Both the position numbers and the translations under genes were made by a program. A model generated the notes under the pieces. It ran no database searches and was not told the origin of the DNA. It was given only the letters and a program-made list of their open reading frames with translations. From positions 142,734 to 206,733 of the forward strand of contig CAVZXW010000024.1 of assembly GCA_963779375.1 (NCBI GenBank): a stretch of DNA of 64,000 nt, in the 5' to 3' direction. Position 1 is the stretch's first letter; the number at the start of each line of letters is the position of its first letter. Positions 29,219 to 40,820 of the stretch are shown here, one piece after another. The DNA is from an uncultured Chloroflexia bacterium (lineage in GTDB: Bacteria; Chloroflexota; Limnocylindria; Limnocylindrales; CSP1-4).

Positions 29219-30208
29219 TCAGCCATCCCGCAGCGCGGCGACGGTGGCGGCGCTCCCGGACACGATCAGGATCTCCCCGGCCACGACCCGCCGCTCGGGC
29301 CGCGGGTTCGCCGCGTACCCGCCCGTCGGCGGGACGATCGCCAGCGTGAAGACGCCCTCCTCCCGGAGTTCGCCGACCGTGCGGCCGGCGACCGAGTCTC
29401 CCTCGCGGGCTGTCACCTCCTCGAGCGAGAAGGCCAGCTCCCCGTGCGAGAGCGCGGCGTCGATGTAGTCGACGACCCGTGGCCGCATCGCGAGCCCCGC
29501 AATGCGATGGCCGGCCATCGTGTACGGCGAGACGACCCGGTCCGCGCCCGCCTGCAACAGCCTGGCATCGGCGCCCGCGGCGTTGGCCCGTCCCACCACG
29601 AACAGGCCCGGGTTGATGGCGCGTGCGGAGAGGATCACGTAGACGTTCTTCGCATCCGAGTCCACGGTGGTGATCAACCCGCGCGCCCGTTCGATCCCCG
29701 CCGCCCGGAGGGTCGCGTCGTCGGTCGCGTCGCCTCCGACCACGAGGAACCCGTCGTCCCGGGCTCGCTGGAGCGACTCGGGCAGGACGTCGATCACGAC
29801 GACGGCCTCGCCATCGTGCCGCAATTCGCGCGCCACGGTCGACCCCACGCGACCGTATCCGCAGAGGACAACGTGACCGCTGAGCCCGTCAACCTCCCGC
29901 GCCATGCGCCGTGCCTCCCGTTTCCCGCTCGTCGCCTCGACCACGAGCGACTCGGCCACCACGCCAACGAACCCGAAGAGCAGCCCGACCCCGACAACGG
30001 CCAGCAGCATCGTCCAGATGCGCCCGGCATCGCCCAGTGTCCCCACCTCGCGGTATCCCACCGTCGTGACCGTGATCACGGTCATGTACAGCGCGTCGAG
30101 CGGCTCCCAGCCCTCGATCACCACGTACCCGAGCGTGCCGACGACCACGGCTGCGAGGACCAGGGCGATCCAGAGCCGGATATGCGACGACCGGAACCGC
30201 GCGGTCAT
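29219..30208 (-). CDS. Potassium channel protein with TrkA-N/TrkA-C domains
   Basis: TVTTVGYRE filter, CGYGRVG, GDATDD, GADRVVSP. Confidence 0.92.
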   Translation of the reverse strand: MTARFRSSHIRLWIALVLAAVVVGTLGYVVIEGWEPLDALYMTVITVTTVGYREVGTLGDAGRIWTMLLAVVGVGLLFGFVGVVAESLVVEATSGKREARRMAREVDGLSGHVVLCGYGRVGSTVARELRHDGEAVVVIDVLPESLQRARDDGFLVVGGDATDDATLRAAGIERARGLITTVDSDAKNVYVILSARAINPGLFVVGRANAAGADARLLQAGADRVVSPYTMAGHRIAGLAMRPRVVDYIDAALSHGELAFSLEEVTAREGDSVAGRTVGELREEGVFTLAIVPPTGGYAANPRPERRVVAGEILIVSGSAATVAALRDG

Positions 30209-30315
30209 GGGCGGCTGGTGCCCAGCCGCCGGGCCGTGGCCTGACCACGCTCCCGGGGTGGCGGGCGCGCGGTCGCGTCGTTGCAGCAGGCTGCCACGAC
30301 CGGCCGGCCCCCGCG

Positions 30316-31353
30316 TCACGACCCCTCCGGCACCAGGCTGACGGGTTCCCCGGCGGCGATCGAGCGGTAGGCGGCGTCCACGATCTCGACGGCCCGGAGG
30401 CCATCGATGCCGGTCACGGCCGGGGCCCGCCGGTCACGGACGACGGCGGCGAACTCCTCGAGCATGCCGTGGTCCGCGTCGGGCCCCCAGGACGGCCACG
30501 AGATGCCGGCCTCCCGCGTCCCGTACAGGGCGAGGCGCTGGCGGAACGCGTCCACGCGGATGGCGCCGCCGGTGCCGATGGCATCGATGGACAGCCCGCC
30601 CCAGGTGGGGTAGGAGCGCGGCTTGCTCCAGCTGCAGTCGATCGTGGCGAACGCGCCGTTGGCGAAGCGGAGCGAGACGAGCCCCCCGGTCTCCACGCGC
30701 TCGAAGTGCTCCTGGAGGATGCGGTTGGCGACCGCGTACACCTCCACGACCTCGGAGCCGACGATCCAGCGGTACAGGTCGGCGAGGTGCACGACGTGGT
30801 CCGTGACGGCGCCGCCTCCCGAACGGGCGGGGTCGACGAACCACGCGGCGTGCACGTCCGGCATGGTGCCCGTGTTGACGCCCTCGAGGCAGACCACCTC
30901 CCCGAGACCCCCGGCACGAACCGTCGAGTGGAGCGAGCGCAGCCCGGGGTTCCAGCGCGAGGGGAATGCCGTCATCAGGCGCACCCCGGCGCGCTCACAC
31001 GCCTCGACCATGGCGCGGGCGTCGTCCACCGTGGTCGCCAGCGGCTTCTCGCACAGCACGTCGACGCCGGCGGCGGCGGCCTGCTCGGTCAGCTGCCGGT
31101 GCTCGGCGTTGGGCGCCGCGATCACGACGCCGTCGACGCCCGCCAGCAGCTCGGCGACCGACGGCACGGCGCGCGTGCCGGCGCCAGCGGCCGCGGCCTC
31201 GGCCCGGGCGAGATCCGCATCCCAGATGCCGGCGAGCTCGACGCCGGGCATGGCGGCCAGCAGCGGGACGTACGTGCCGGCATGGACGTGCTCCATCGAC
31301 AGCACGCCGATGCGGACGCGAGCCCCGGGCTGCCGCGCGTTCGTGCCGGCCAT
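30316..31353 (-). CDS. Gfo/Idh/MocA family oxidoreductase
   Basis: HVHA, LCEKPLA, GGGAVTDHVVH. Confidence 0.88.
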   Translation of the reverse strand: MAGTNARQPGARVRIGVLSMEHVHAGTYVPLLAAMPGVELAGIWDADLARAEAAAAGAGTRAVPSVAELLAGVDGVVIAAPNAEHRQLTEQAAAAGVDVLCEKPLATTVDDARAMVEACERAGVRLMTAFPSRWNPGLRSLHSTVRAGGLGEVVCLEGVNTGTMPDVHAAWFVDPARSGGGAVTDHVVHLADLYRWIVGSEVVEVYAVANRILQEHFERVETGGLVSLRFANGAFATIDCSWSKPRSYPTWGGLSIDAIGTGGAIRVDAFRQRLALYGTREAGISWPSWGPDADHGMLEEFAAVVRDRRAPAVTGIDGLRAVEIVDAAYRSIAAGEPVSLVPEGS

Positions 31354-32366
31354 CACGCGGCCTCCGCCGGATCGAGGTGCACCACGCGCCCGCCGCTGCG
31401 CGCCAATTCGTCGGCCGCGAGCGCCAGGCGCAGCGTGGCGAGGGCATCCCGCGCGCTCGTCCGCGCGGGCGTGCCGTCTCGGATCGCGCGGGCGAACTCG
31501 GCGAGCTCCAGGCGGAAGGGATCGCCGTTGAGGGACGTGTCGGCGAGCGCGGTGGTCGAGCCACCCGCGGCCGTCTCCAGCAGCGAGACGCTGATCGGCG
31601 CGGTCTGCGCGGAATCGTGCTCGAGCAGGCCCTGCGAGCCCGCGATCTCGAAGGCCGTGCGGAACGTGGGCGGCGCGTAGGCCCAGGAGGCCGACACGTG
31701 GCTGATGGCGCCCGAGGCGTGCGTCAGGATGGCCACCGCGTGGTCCACCCCGGCGCCGGGACGCTCGACGCTCGCCGAGTGGCACGACACGCGCACCACC
31801 TCGCCCGCCACCCAGCGCGCAAAGTCGAGGTCGTGGATCATCAGGTCGAGCACGATGCCACCCGAGCGGGCATGGTCGAAGAACCAGTGTCCGGCGGGCT
31901 GGCGCGGCCGGAAGCTCGCCCGCGTCAGGCGCAGCACCGCCACGTCCCCGATGGCACCCCCGAGCACCTGCTCGCGCGCCGCCACGTACTCCGGGAAGAA
32001 GCGCACCACGTGGCCCACGAACAGCCGCACGCCCGCCGCGTCGGCGGCCGCGAGCATGGCCTCGCCGTCCTCGAGCGTGCGCGCCAGGGGCTTCTCGCAG
32101 ATGACGTGACGTCCGGCCTGCGCGGCGGCGATGGCGATGGGCGCGTGCAGGTACGTCGGCGTGCACACGTCGACCACCTCGACCGAGGCGAGGAGCGCGT
32201 CGAGGGAGGGCGCCACCGAGGCGCCGAAGCGCGCCGCGAGGGCCGCCGCCCGCTGCGGGTCGACGTCGTGCACGATCACCCGCGCGCCCTCGGCGGTCCA
32301 GGCCGCGAGATGGGTCTCGCCGATGAACCCCGTGCCGGCCAGGCCGACGCGCAGCCCGCGGCTCAT
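31353..32366 (-). CDS. Gfo/Idh/MocA family oxidoreductase
   Basis: GTGFIG, CEKPLA, GHVVRFFPEY, SGGIVLDLMIHD. Confidence 0.9.
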   Translation of the reverse strand: MSRGLRVGLAGTGFIGETHLAAWTAEGARVIVHDVDPQRAAALAARFGASVAPSLDALLASVEVVDVCTPTYLHAPIAIAAAQAGRHVICEKPLARTLEDGEAMLAAADAAGVRLFVGHVVRFFPEYVAAREQVLGGAIGDVAVLRLTRASFRPRQPAGHWFFDHARSGGIVLDLMIHDLDFARWVAGEVVRVSCHSASVERPGAGVDHAVAILTHASGAISHVSASWAYAPPTFRTAFEIAGSQGLLEHDSAQTAPISVSLLETAAGGSTTALADTSLNGDPFRLELAEFARAIRDGTPARTSARDALATLRLALAADELARSGGRVVHLDPAEAA

Positions 32367-32521
32367 GTGACCGGCATCCGGGCGGGAGTTGGTGTCACGC
32401 GCGCTGCTCCTGTTCCGAACGGCAAATCCGCGGAACCACGCCCGACCCCCCGTGCGGGGGCCCCGCACCGCGATGATATCGCCCGGGGTATGTCACGACG
32501 GCACGATCGCGCAGCGGATTC

Positions 32522-33169
32522 TCAGTCCGCGGCGGCCCGCTCCAGGACCGGCAGCCCGCGCGCGGCGAGGTCGCGCCGCAGGGGCACCGCACCCACGAAC
32601 CGGATCGCCGCGAAGCCAAGCTCGGCCGCCACGGCCACGTTCGGCCCCGAGTCATCGACGTAGACCGTCGCCGCGGGGTCGATCGAGTCCCGCTGCACGA
32701 GCGCCCGGAACATCGCCGGGTCCGGCTTGATCGTGCCGAGGTCGCCGCTGATCACGATGTCCCGGAACCGGGCCAGGAACGGGTACCGGGCCCTCGCGAT
32801 CGGGAACTTCTCGGCGGACCAGTTGCTGAGCGCGTAGAGGGGCACCCCTCCCGCGTGCAGCTCCTGGAGGATGTCCAGCATGCCCTCGATCGGGCCGTCG
32901 AGCATCTCCTCCCAGCGCTCGTGGAACGCAACGACGAGCTCGCGGGCGTCGGGGTGCTCGGCGGCGAGCTCGGCCACGGCCTCGTCCCAGGGACGTCCGG
33001 CGTCCAGCAGCGAGTTCCACTCGGGCGTGCAGACCTCGCCCAGGAACGCCTCCATCGCCTCGTCGTCACCCCCGAACAGCCCGCGATACAGGTAGCGCGG
33101 ATTCCAGTCGATGAGGACGCCGCCCAGGTCGAACACGACTGCACGGATGCGGGACCCGCCGGGGATCAT
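32522..33169 (-). CDS. HAD-superfamily phosphatase
   Basis: FDLGGVL, LSNW, KPDP, YVDD; ATGA overlap with the DUF3037 gene. Confidence 0.88.
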   Translation of the reverse strand: MIPGGSRIRAVVFDLGGVLIDWNPRYLYRGLFGGDDEAMEAFLGEVCTPEWNSLLDAGRPWDEAVAELAAEHPDARELVVAFHERWEEMLDGPIEGMLDILQELHAGGVPLYALSNWSAEKFPIARARYPFLARFRDIVISGDLGTIKPDPAMFRALVQRDSIDPAATVYVDDSGPNVAVAAELGFAAIRFVGAVPLRRDLAARGLPVLERAAAD

Positions 33170-33657
33170 CCGGAGGCCAGCCCGTCGGTGTTCGGGTCAC
33201 CCCGGGCGCTGCGATCCCCGCCAGGGGCGCCGCTGCGGTCCCGGGCCGGCGCGGCATCGGGCCCGGGCGGCGTCACCAGGGCCGCGAACAGGTGATCGAG
33301 CGTGGGGGCCGGGTCCGCCGTCATCCCCGTGTGAACCTCCGACCGCTGGACGATCGTGCTGCTGGGTGACGCCAGCCAGTGGAAGCGCTCGGACTTCGAG
33401 AGCCGGGCGATGGGCCCGGCCGACCGATCACCCGCGGCGACCCGCTCGATCGCGTCCAGCTGCGACTCCACCGCCGCCGGATCGCAGCCCGGGCTCAGCG
33501 CCGCCAGCCGTTCCGGATCGAGGTGGACGCGCGCGCCCAGGAACCGCAGCGGCCGCGACCACAGGATGATGCCGGCGTTGATGTACTCGCCTCGCTCCAC
33601 GTGCGGGACGACCCGGAGCACGACGTAGGCGAACGGGCTACGCGGCGAGCCGGGCAT
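33166..33657 (-). CDS. DUF3037 domain protein
   Basis: FAYVVLRVVPHVERGEYINAG, ERFHWLASPSST..HTG. Confidence 0.88.
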   Translation of the reverse strand: MPGSPRSPFAYVVLRVVPHVERGEYINAGIILWSRPLRFLGARVHLDPERLAALSPGCDPAAVESQLDAIERVAAGDRSAGPIARLSKSERFHWLASPSSTIVQRSEVHTGMTADPAPTLDHLFAALVTPPGPDAAPARDRSGAPGGDRSARGDPNTDGLASG

Positions 33658-34417
33658 CCTCGGCCTCCTCCGCGAACGCCCGCGGCCGGGCCAGCCGCCG
33701 CGAGAGGTACTCGACGTAGGCGCGCCGGTGGGCGGCCGGGTCGGGAAGGCCGTGCTCCGGCACGAGCCAGCCGTCCGGCACCGCCTCGAGGATCGTCTCG
33801 AGCAGCTCGCGCCCGATGCGGGGAGCGAGCCGTGCGTCGGCGTCGCGGATCGAGGAGGCAAACGGCAGCAGCACGTGGTCGCGGCTCTGGGGGAACGGCC
33901 GCACGGCGTGGGCGACCGGGTCGCGCCAGGTGTGGTGGATGTACAGCGCCGACCCGTGGTCGATGAGCCAGAGCCGGCGGTGCCAGACCAGCATGTTCGT
34001 GTTCCTCGCCGTCCGGTCCACGTTGGTGACGAGCGCATCGAACCAGACCACGTCGGCCGCGAGGTCCGCGTCCGGCACGAACCCCGCCGCAGGGTCGAAC
34101 CCGAGCGCGCCGGGCAGGAAGTCGAGGCCGACGTTCATGCCGGCGCTGCGTGCGAGGAGCTCGCGGATCTCCGCGTCCGGCTCACCGGCCGCGAGCGCGG
34201 GATCCAGGTCGACCAGGACGATGTCCGGCACGAGCAGCCCGAGGGCCCGTCCGATCTCCCCGGCGACGATCTCGGCGACCAGCGCCTTGGCGCCGTGGCC
34301 GGCGCCGCGGAACTTGGCCACGTAGAGACCGTCGTCGTCCGCCTCGACGATGGCGGGCAGCGAGCCCCCTTCCCGGAGCGGGGCGACATAGCGCGTGGCG
34401 GTGACGGGCCGGAGCAT
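33638..34417 (-). CDS. HipA-like kinase
   Basis: PLREGGSLP, KFRGAG, NVDRTARNTN, LIDHG. Confidence 0.85.
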   Translation of the reverse strand: MLRPVTATRYVAPLREGGSLPAIVEADDDGLYVAKFRGAGHGAKALVAEIVAGEIGRALGLLVPDIVLVDLDPALAAGEPDAEIRELLARSAGMNVGLDFLPGALGFDPAAGFVPDADLAADVVWFDALVTNVDRTARNTNMLVWHRRLWLIDHGSALYIHHTWRDPVAHAVRPFPQSRDHVLLPFASSIRDADARLAPRIGRELLETILEAVPDGWLVPEHGLPDPAAHRRAYVEYLSRRLARPRAFAEEAEDARLAA

Positions 34418-34571
34418 CGCGCGCAGTCTATGCGCTGCGAGCGCCGGCGGATGGGACGGGCCGTGGAACGCACGGACGGCCCTCTCGGGCTATAGTCCCG
34501 GCACCGGACGCCCATGGGGCGCCGGGCACACCGAGCCGACAGCCCGCTCAGGCCACGCATCCCGAGGCAGC

Positions 34572-35423
34572 ATGGTGACCGCCAGGCTCTCCTCGCCGAG
34601 CCGGGACATCGTCGAGACGCGGACGCTCGCCGTCCGCGGGACCGTCGTGTCCAGCATGCCGGATGCCCTGGCCGGCGAGGAACCCATGGAGATCCGTGCC
34701 GCCGGCCCCGGGCAGGACCCCGTGTCCGTGGCGGTCACCATGCGCACGCCGGGCCACGACGAGGAACTCGCGGCCGGGTTCCTGCTGACCGAGGGCCTGC
34801 TCCGCCAGGGCGACATCGTCCGGTTCGACCTCGGCGACCCCGGTGCGATCGCCCGGCCCGAGAACGTCGTGACGGTCTGGCTGAACCGCGTGTTCGACCC
34901 CGGGCAGGTCGCGGCACGGAACTTCGCCGCGACGGCCAGCTGCGGCATTTGCGGCAAGGCGTCGCTGGACGCCGTCGAGACTCGCTGCGAACGGCTGCCA
35001 GCGGGGCCTCTCGTCGCGCGCTCCACCATCGTGGCGCTGCCACCCGCACTGCGCGAGGCCCAGGCCGCGTTCGACGCCACGGGCGGGCTTCATGCCGCCG
35101 GCCTCTTCGAGGTCTCCGGCAGCCTCGTCGCCGTGCGCGAGGACGTGGGGCGGCACAATGCCCTCGACAAGCTGGTCGGGACGATGCTGCAGGCGGGCCG
35201 CCTCCCGCTGCGCGACTCGGTGCTGCTCGTCTCCGGCCGGGTGAGCTTCGAGATCGTCCAGAAGGCGGCGATGGCCGGCATCGCGATCACCTGCGCCGTC
35301 TCGGCGCCCACCGACCTGGCCGTGGAAGCGGCCGGGCGGCTGGGCATGACGCTGGTGGGTTTCCTGAGGGGCGACTCGTTCAACGTATACGCGCACCCTG
35401 AGCAAATCGAACTGGAGGTCTGA
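34572..35423 (+). CDS. fdhD: Formate dehydrogenase accessory sulfurtransferase FdhD
   Basis: MRTPG, SCGICGK, TGGLHAA, REDVGRHNALDK, VSAPT; start approximate. Confidence 0.92.
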   Translation: MVTARLSSPSRDIVETRTLAVRGTVVSSMPDALAGEEPMEIRAAGPGQDPVSVAVTMRTPGHDEELAAGFLLTEGLLRQGDIVRFDLGDPGAIARPENVVTVWLNRVFDPGQVAARNFAATASCGICGKASLDAVETRCERLPAGPLVARSTIVALPPALREAQAAFDATGGLHAAGLFEVSGSLVAVREDVGRHNALDKLVGTMLQAGRLPLRDSVLLVSGRVSFEIVQKAAMAGIAITCAVSAPTDLAVEAAGRLGMTLVGFLRGDSFNVYAHPEQIELEV

Positions 35424-35424
35424 C

Positions 35425-37976
35425 GTGGCCGTCCCCGGATCGTCATCGCAGCCGAACCCGACGCGCGGTCGCCCGGACGCGCGAGGCGATCAGCCATCCC
35501 CGGCGGACATGCCGGCGGCCCGGGAGGACCGGCCATCCCCGGCGGACGTGCCGGAGGCCCGGGGACACGAGTCGCCGGGCACGATGGCCCAGGCCACCCC
35601 CGCCGCCCCGGCCCACCGCTCGCCGCACCTGCCGGTCCATGTGCCCAAGCGTCCCCGCTTCGTCGCGCCGGAGCTGTGGGCGGGCTGGAAGCCGAACGGC
35701 ATCGGCGAGCTGAAGCCGAACCACTACGTCGAGATCGCCGAGACCATCTGGGACAACCGGCGGGCGCTGCCGTACGCGCTCCGGATCCTGCGGAACGGCG
35801 TTTGCGACGGCTGCGCACTCGGCGTCACCGGGTTCCACGACTGGACCATGGACAGCGTGCACCTCTGCACGACCCGCCTGAGCCTGCTCAAGTACAACAC
35901 CGCGCGGCCGTTCGACCACGACCGGCTCGGCGACGTGGCCGCGCTCCGGCGCATGGACGGCGCGGAACTGCGCGACATGGGCCGCCTCGCGTACCCGATG
36001 CTCCGGCGTCGCGGCGACCCCGGCTTCCACCGGATCGGCTGGGACCAGGCGCTCGACCTGGTCGCGAACCGCATCCGGGCGGCGGGCCCCGACCGGACGG
36101 CCTTCTACCTGACCAGCCGCGGCATCACCAACGAGGTCTACTACGTCGCCCAGAAGGTCGCGCGCTTCCTCGGGACCAACAACATCGACAACGCGGCCCG
36201 GGTCTGCCACTCGCCGTCCACCGCGGGGCTCAAGAAGGCGCTCGGCGTCGGCGCCACGACGGTCTCGTACTCCGACGTCCTGCAGAGCGACCTCGTCGTG
36301 ATCTTCGGCGCGGACGTCGCCAACTCCCAGCCCGTGTTCATGAAGTACCTGTACCTGGCGCGCAAGGGCGGCACGAAGGTCGTGATGGTCAACCCGTTCC
36401 GCGAGCCCGGCATGGAGCGGTACTGGGTGCCGTCCAACGTCGAGAGCGCGATCTTCGGCACGAAGATGACCGACGACTGGTTCCACGTCAACACCGGCGG
36501 GGACATGGCGTTCATCAACGGCGTGCTCAAGGTGCTCATCGCGGACGGCGGCGTCGACCGGCGGTTCATCGAGGCGCACGCCGCCGGGTTCGACGAGCTG
36601 CAGGCCTCGCTGGAGGCGCAGTCGTTCGAGGACCTCGAGCGGGCGAGCGGAGCGTCGAAGCGCGGACATGGAACGGTTCGCGCGGCTGTACGCGTCGGCG
36701 CGCTGCGCGGTTTTGGTCTGGGCGATGGGCATCACCCAGCACGTCCACGGGAGTGACAACGTGCGGGCGATGGTCAACCTCGCGCTCTCGCGCGGGCAAC
36801 GTCGGACGGGACGGCGCCGGCCTCATGCCGATGCGCGGCCACTCCGGCGTGCAGGGCGGCGCCGAGATGGGCGCCTACGCGACCGCGCTCCCGGGCGGCC
36901 TGCCGATCACGCCCGAGAACGCCGCCGCGCTGGAGGCCCAGTACGGGTTCCCGATCCGGTCCGAGCGCGGGCTGTCCGCGGCCGAAATGGTCGAGGCCGG
37001 CGGCCGTGGCGAGCTCGACGTGCTCTGGTACTCGAGCGGCGGCAACTTCCTCGACGTGCTGCCCGATCCGCGGAGGTCGCGCGAGGCACTCGAGCGCGTG
37101 CCGCTGCGCGTGCACCAGGACATCGTGCTCAGTCAGCCAGATGCTCGTCGACCCGGCGAGGACGGTGCTGCTGCTCCCGGCGCGGACGCGCTACGAGCAG
37201 CGCCGGCGGCGGCACCGAGACGACCACGGAACGCCGCATCGCTGTTCAGCCCGCGACATCCGCGGGCCGCAGGGTGGGCGAGGCCCGTGGCGAGTGGGAG
37301 ATCTTCGTCGACCTCGCCCGGCGCGTGGATCCCGCAGCGCGGCCACCTGGTGGACTTCCGCGACGCGCACGCCAGATCCGCGAGGAGATCGCCCGCGTGA
37401 TGCCCTTCTACAGGGCGATCGAGCAGCTGCGCAAGGCGGGCGACCAGGTCCAGTGGGGCGGCGCGCGCCTGTGCGACGGCTGGGTCTTCCCGACCGCCCG
37501 ACGGCAGGGCCCATTTCGGCGCCGTCGAGCCCCCCGAGAGGCCGAGCCGCCGAGGGCCGGTTCCTGCTCTCGACCCGCCGTGGCAAGCAGTTCAACTCCA
37601 TGGTGTTCAAGCAGAAGGACCCGCTGACCGGCGCGCGACGCGACGCGCTGTTCATGTCGGACGAGGACGCGGCGGGGCTCGGCCTCGGCGACGGCGACCG
37701 CGTGGTCGTCCGTTCGGAACATGGCGAGGTCCAGGCGCGGGTGCAGCTGGCCGCGATCCGCCCGCGGAACCTTCAGATGTTCTTCCCGGAGGCGAACCCG
37801 CTGATCCAGCCTGGCCGGCGCGATCCCGGTCGCGCTCGTGCCCGGACTACAACGCCATCGTGGAGGTGATCCCGGAAGCGCGCGCGGCCGGAAGCCACGC
37901 GCAGGCCACCCACGCGACCGGATCGGCGGCACGACACGAGTCCGGGAGCACCCCGGGAAGCGCCGCCGCGCGCTGA
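35425..37976 (+). CDS. FdhF/YdeP family molybdopterin oxidoreductase; several frameshifts after about 36650
   Basis: CDGCALG, RVCHSPS, then in shifting frames WAMGITQH, RGHSGVQG, TETTTERR, TRRGKQFNSM, PDYNAIVEV. Confidence 0.82.
35491..35566 (+). repeat. 39-bp tandem repeat in the N-terminal extension
   Basis: Encodes PSPADMPAARED / PSPADVPEARGH. Confidence 0.75.
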
Positions 37977-38023
37977 GGCCGGGTCCCGGCCGGGATGCCC
38001 GGGCAACAATCGTCGAGGGCGCC

Positions 38024-38824
38024 TCAGCCGGCGATCGGGGCCTGCAGGGCCGGCGTGACCGGCGATCGCCGCAGTACGGACAGGGCGACCGCCTGGATCA
38101 CCACGACCGTCGCGAGGGCAGAGCCGAACGAGAGCGCGACGCCGAGTGGCTCCACGGAGATGCTCACCACCGCCAGGAACGCGGCGGTCCCGAACAGGCC
38201 GGTCATGACCCCCCGGAGCACGCCGATCGCCGCCCCTGCGCCGTCGCGGCGTTGCGTGAAGATCGCGAGCACCGAGGCGATCACGGGCAGCATCGCCAGG
38301 AGCCCGCTCACGGCCGGGCCGAGCGACGGCGCGGCGGCCGTGAGCGCGACGACGATCACCGTTCCGGTCACGACGCGCAGTGGCAGGTCCCAGCGTGCGG
38401 GCGCCGTCCGGGAGGGTGCCGCGGAGTCCGGTGGCATCAGCCGCAGGCCCAGCACGAGCACCGCGACGGCCGCGATGAACACCAGCCCGACGGGCAGGAG
38501 CAGTACCGGTTGCAGCAGGATGGCGGCAACGAGCCAGGCGGCGCCGGCGGCCGCGATGGCGGCCCGCCACCCCGCACGGGGCGCCGTCCTCGCGTAGGCC
38601 AGGCAGAACGCGACGATGGCGATGTTGCCCGCCACGGATGCCTCGGCCGCCGACGCGGCGAACGTCGGGCCATGGCCCAGGGCCAGGAAGAGGGCGACCG
38701 GCCCGGACGTCAGCGGAAGCGAGACCATCCAGCCGCCGATCACGGGACCCCAGCGCCGCCCTCCCAGGGTCGCACCCCCGATGAGGATCGGGGTCAGCAC
38801 CAGCTTGAGCGCAAGGAGGACCAT
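38024..38824 (-). CDS. Polytopic membrane protein of unknown function
   Basis: About 9-10 hydrophobic segments with internal GP..G....P repeat; TACTCT 6 nt before ATG. Confidence 0.7.
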   Translation of the reverse strand: MVLLALKLVLTPILIGGATLGGRRWGPVIGGWMVSLPLTSGPVALFLALGHGPTFAASAAEASVAGNIAIVAFCLAYARTAPRAGWRAAIAAAGAAWLVAAILLQPVLLLPVGLVFIAAVAVLVLGLRLMPPDSAAPSRTAPARWDLPLRVVTGTVIVVALTAAAPSLGPAVSGLLAMLPVIASVLAIFTQRRDGAGAAIGVLRGVMTGLFGTAAFLAVVSISVEPLGVALSFGSALATVVVIQAVALSVLRRSPVTPALQAPIAG

Positions 38825-38872
38825 GCACCCAGAGTACTGGTTCGCGGCCCTCTGCCGCGTCGCGCGACGGCG

Positions 38873-40820
38873 TTACGCGGCCGCGGTCTCCCAGACGGGC
38901 TCGCGGCAGGTCTCGCGTCCCTGCTCGGCGACGTCGGAGGGCACCGCCGGATGGAACAGGGCCACGGCGAGGCGGCCGACGGCAGTCTCCTGCCCGGGTT
39001 CGAACGCGATGCCGAGCTCGGTCGACCCGCTGCCCTGCGGAAGCCGGCGGCGCACCGCGCCGCCCAGCTCGACGGAATCGCTGCCCAGGTCGAGTCGCAG
39101 CGTCAGCCGCTCTGCGTGGGCGGGCCACGGATCGGGAACGATCACCCGGGCGCCCGTCACCGACAGGTCGCAGACGTCGCACAGGACCGACCCGATGTGT
39201 GCCTGCACGCGGACGGGAAGTCTCGTGCTGGCCCGGCGGTTCCCGGCGAAGCGGGCGGCGCGGACGCGCCCGATCGCGGCGAGCAGCAGCGCCTCGTTCA
39301 CGGCGATGAAGAACGCCGCGCCGATCGCCGCCCACGGGACGCCGTAGTGGACCGGCCCGAGGCCGAGGAGCGTGGCCGCGAACCAGACCATCCCGAGCGA
39401 TGACGCGGCCGCCAGGACGGACAGGAGCCTCGGAACCCGCGGAGTGGAGGTCCGGTCCTGCCTGCCCTTCGGCGTCACGCGGAACCTGGCGTCGCGCTGC
39501 GGCCGCACGATCGCGAGCGTCGCGGGCAGCACGGCCGGCATGCGCAGGACCTCGAACAGGACGGAGAGGACGGGCGGGTAGTGGCCGCGTGCCAGCAGCC
39601 GGAGCGCGACGAACTGCAGCGCGAGGGTCACGACGAAGAACGGGGCGAAGACCGCGCCGGGAGCGCTGATCGGCACCGCGCCGGTCGCGACGACCGCCAG
39701 GGGGATCAGCATGTAGGCAAGGGTCCGCCAGGAGGCGAACCATCCGAACAGTGTCGTGAGGAACGCGAGGCGCTGGCCGGCGCAATCCGGGCCCGAACAG
39801 AGGGTTCTCTCGGCGCAGCACCTGCATCGCGCCGAGGGCCCAGCGATTGCGCTGCAGGAGGTACGAGCGCGCATCGTCGGGGGCGAGCCCTCGCGCCAGC
39901 ACCTCGTTGTGGTATGCGCCGGTCCAGCCCCGTCGGTACATGCGTATCGTCGTGTGGATGTCCTCGGTCACGCTGTCGGTCGCGACGCCGCCGACCGAGC
40001 GGAGCGCGTCCACGCGGACCAGGGCGCAGGTACCGCACCAGAACGGCGCCGACCACCGGCTCTTCGCCGGCGCGATCACGCGGTAGAAGTCGGCCTCCTC
40101 GTTGAAGATCTTCCCGTCACGGCGCCGCTCGTGCTCGAACGACTGGAGGTTGTAGAAGTCCTGTGGCGTCTGGACGAAGGCCAGGCTTCGATCGACGAAG
40201 TACGGCAGCGTCGCCGACAGGAAGCGCGCCGTGGGAACATGGTCGGCGTCCAGGATCGCGACGATGTCGGCGTCGATCCACTCCAGCGCGTGGTTCAGGT
40301 TGCCGGCCTTGGCGTTCCGGTTGTCGGGACGTGACAGGTACCGGGCGCCGAGCCGTTCCGCCAGCTCGCGGATCTCGTCGCGACGGCCGTCGTCGAGGAC
40401 CCACGTCTCATGCTCCGGTGCGAGCGCCACCGACGCGGCGATGGTCGGCAGCAGGACCTCGCCTGGTTCGTTGAAGGTCGGGATCAGGACCGCCACGCGC
40501 CACGCCGTCGTGCCGGACGGCACCGGGGACGCGACGGGATCCACGTCCCACAGGGCGATCGTGTACAGCAGCAGGCCGAAGGCGTTGTGAACCTCGACGG
40601 CGAAGAGCGGGATCGCGACCCACCACCAGGCAAGGTCGATCGTGCCCGTGAGCCGCCAGGCAAGGTAGACCGCACTGACGCCGAGCTCAAGCAGCGCAAA
40701 GCCGTGGATCAGGACCTTGCGAGCGGGAGACTCGGGAGCCGGCATGGCGCCGTAGGGGAAGACGGCGTCGGGGCGGGCATGGCCCTCCTGCCGCGCCCTG
40801 TCCGGATGGTGAACGGTCAT
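38873..40820 (-). CDS. Cellulose-synthase-like GT2 with C-terminal PilZ; one frameshift near 39780
   Basis: DDG, KAGNLN, DADH, QTPQ, TED, QRNRW; next frame FRVTPK, RRASTR and DLSVTG. Confidence 0.85.

Noticed and set aside
36190-36220. Selenocysteine in the FdhF/YdeP enzyme
   Set aside because: The ligand position is TGC (Cys, RVCHS), not TGA.
37773-39780. C-terminal half of the 1015-aa GT2 ORF
   Set aside because: Product of a frameshift; the TM and PilZ parts continue in the 38873-39874 frame.
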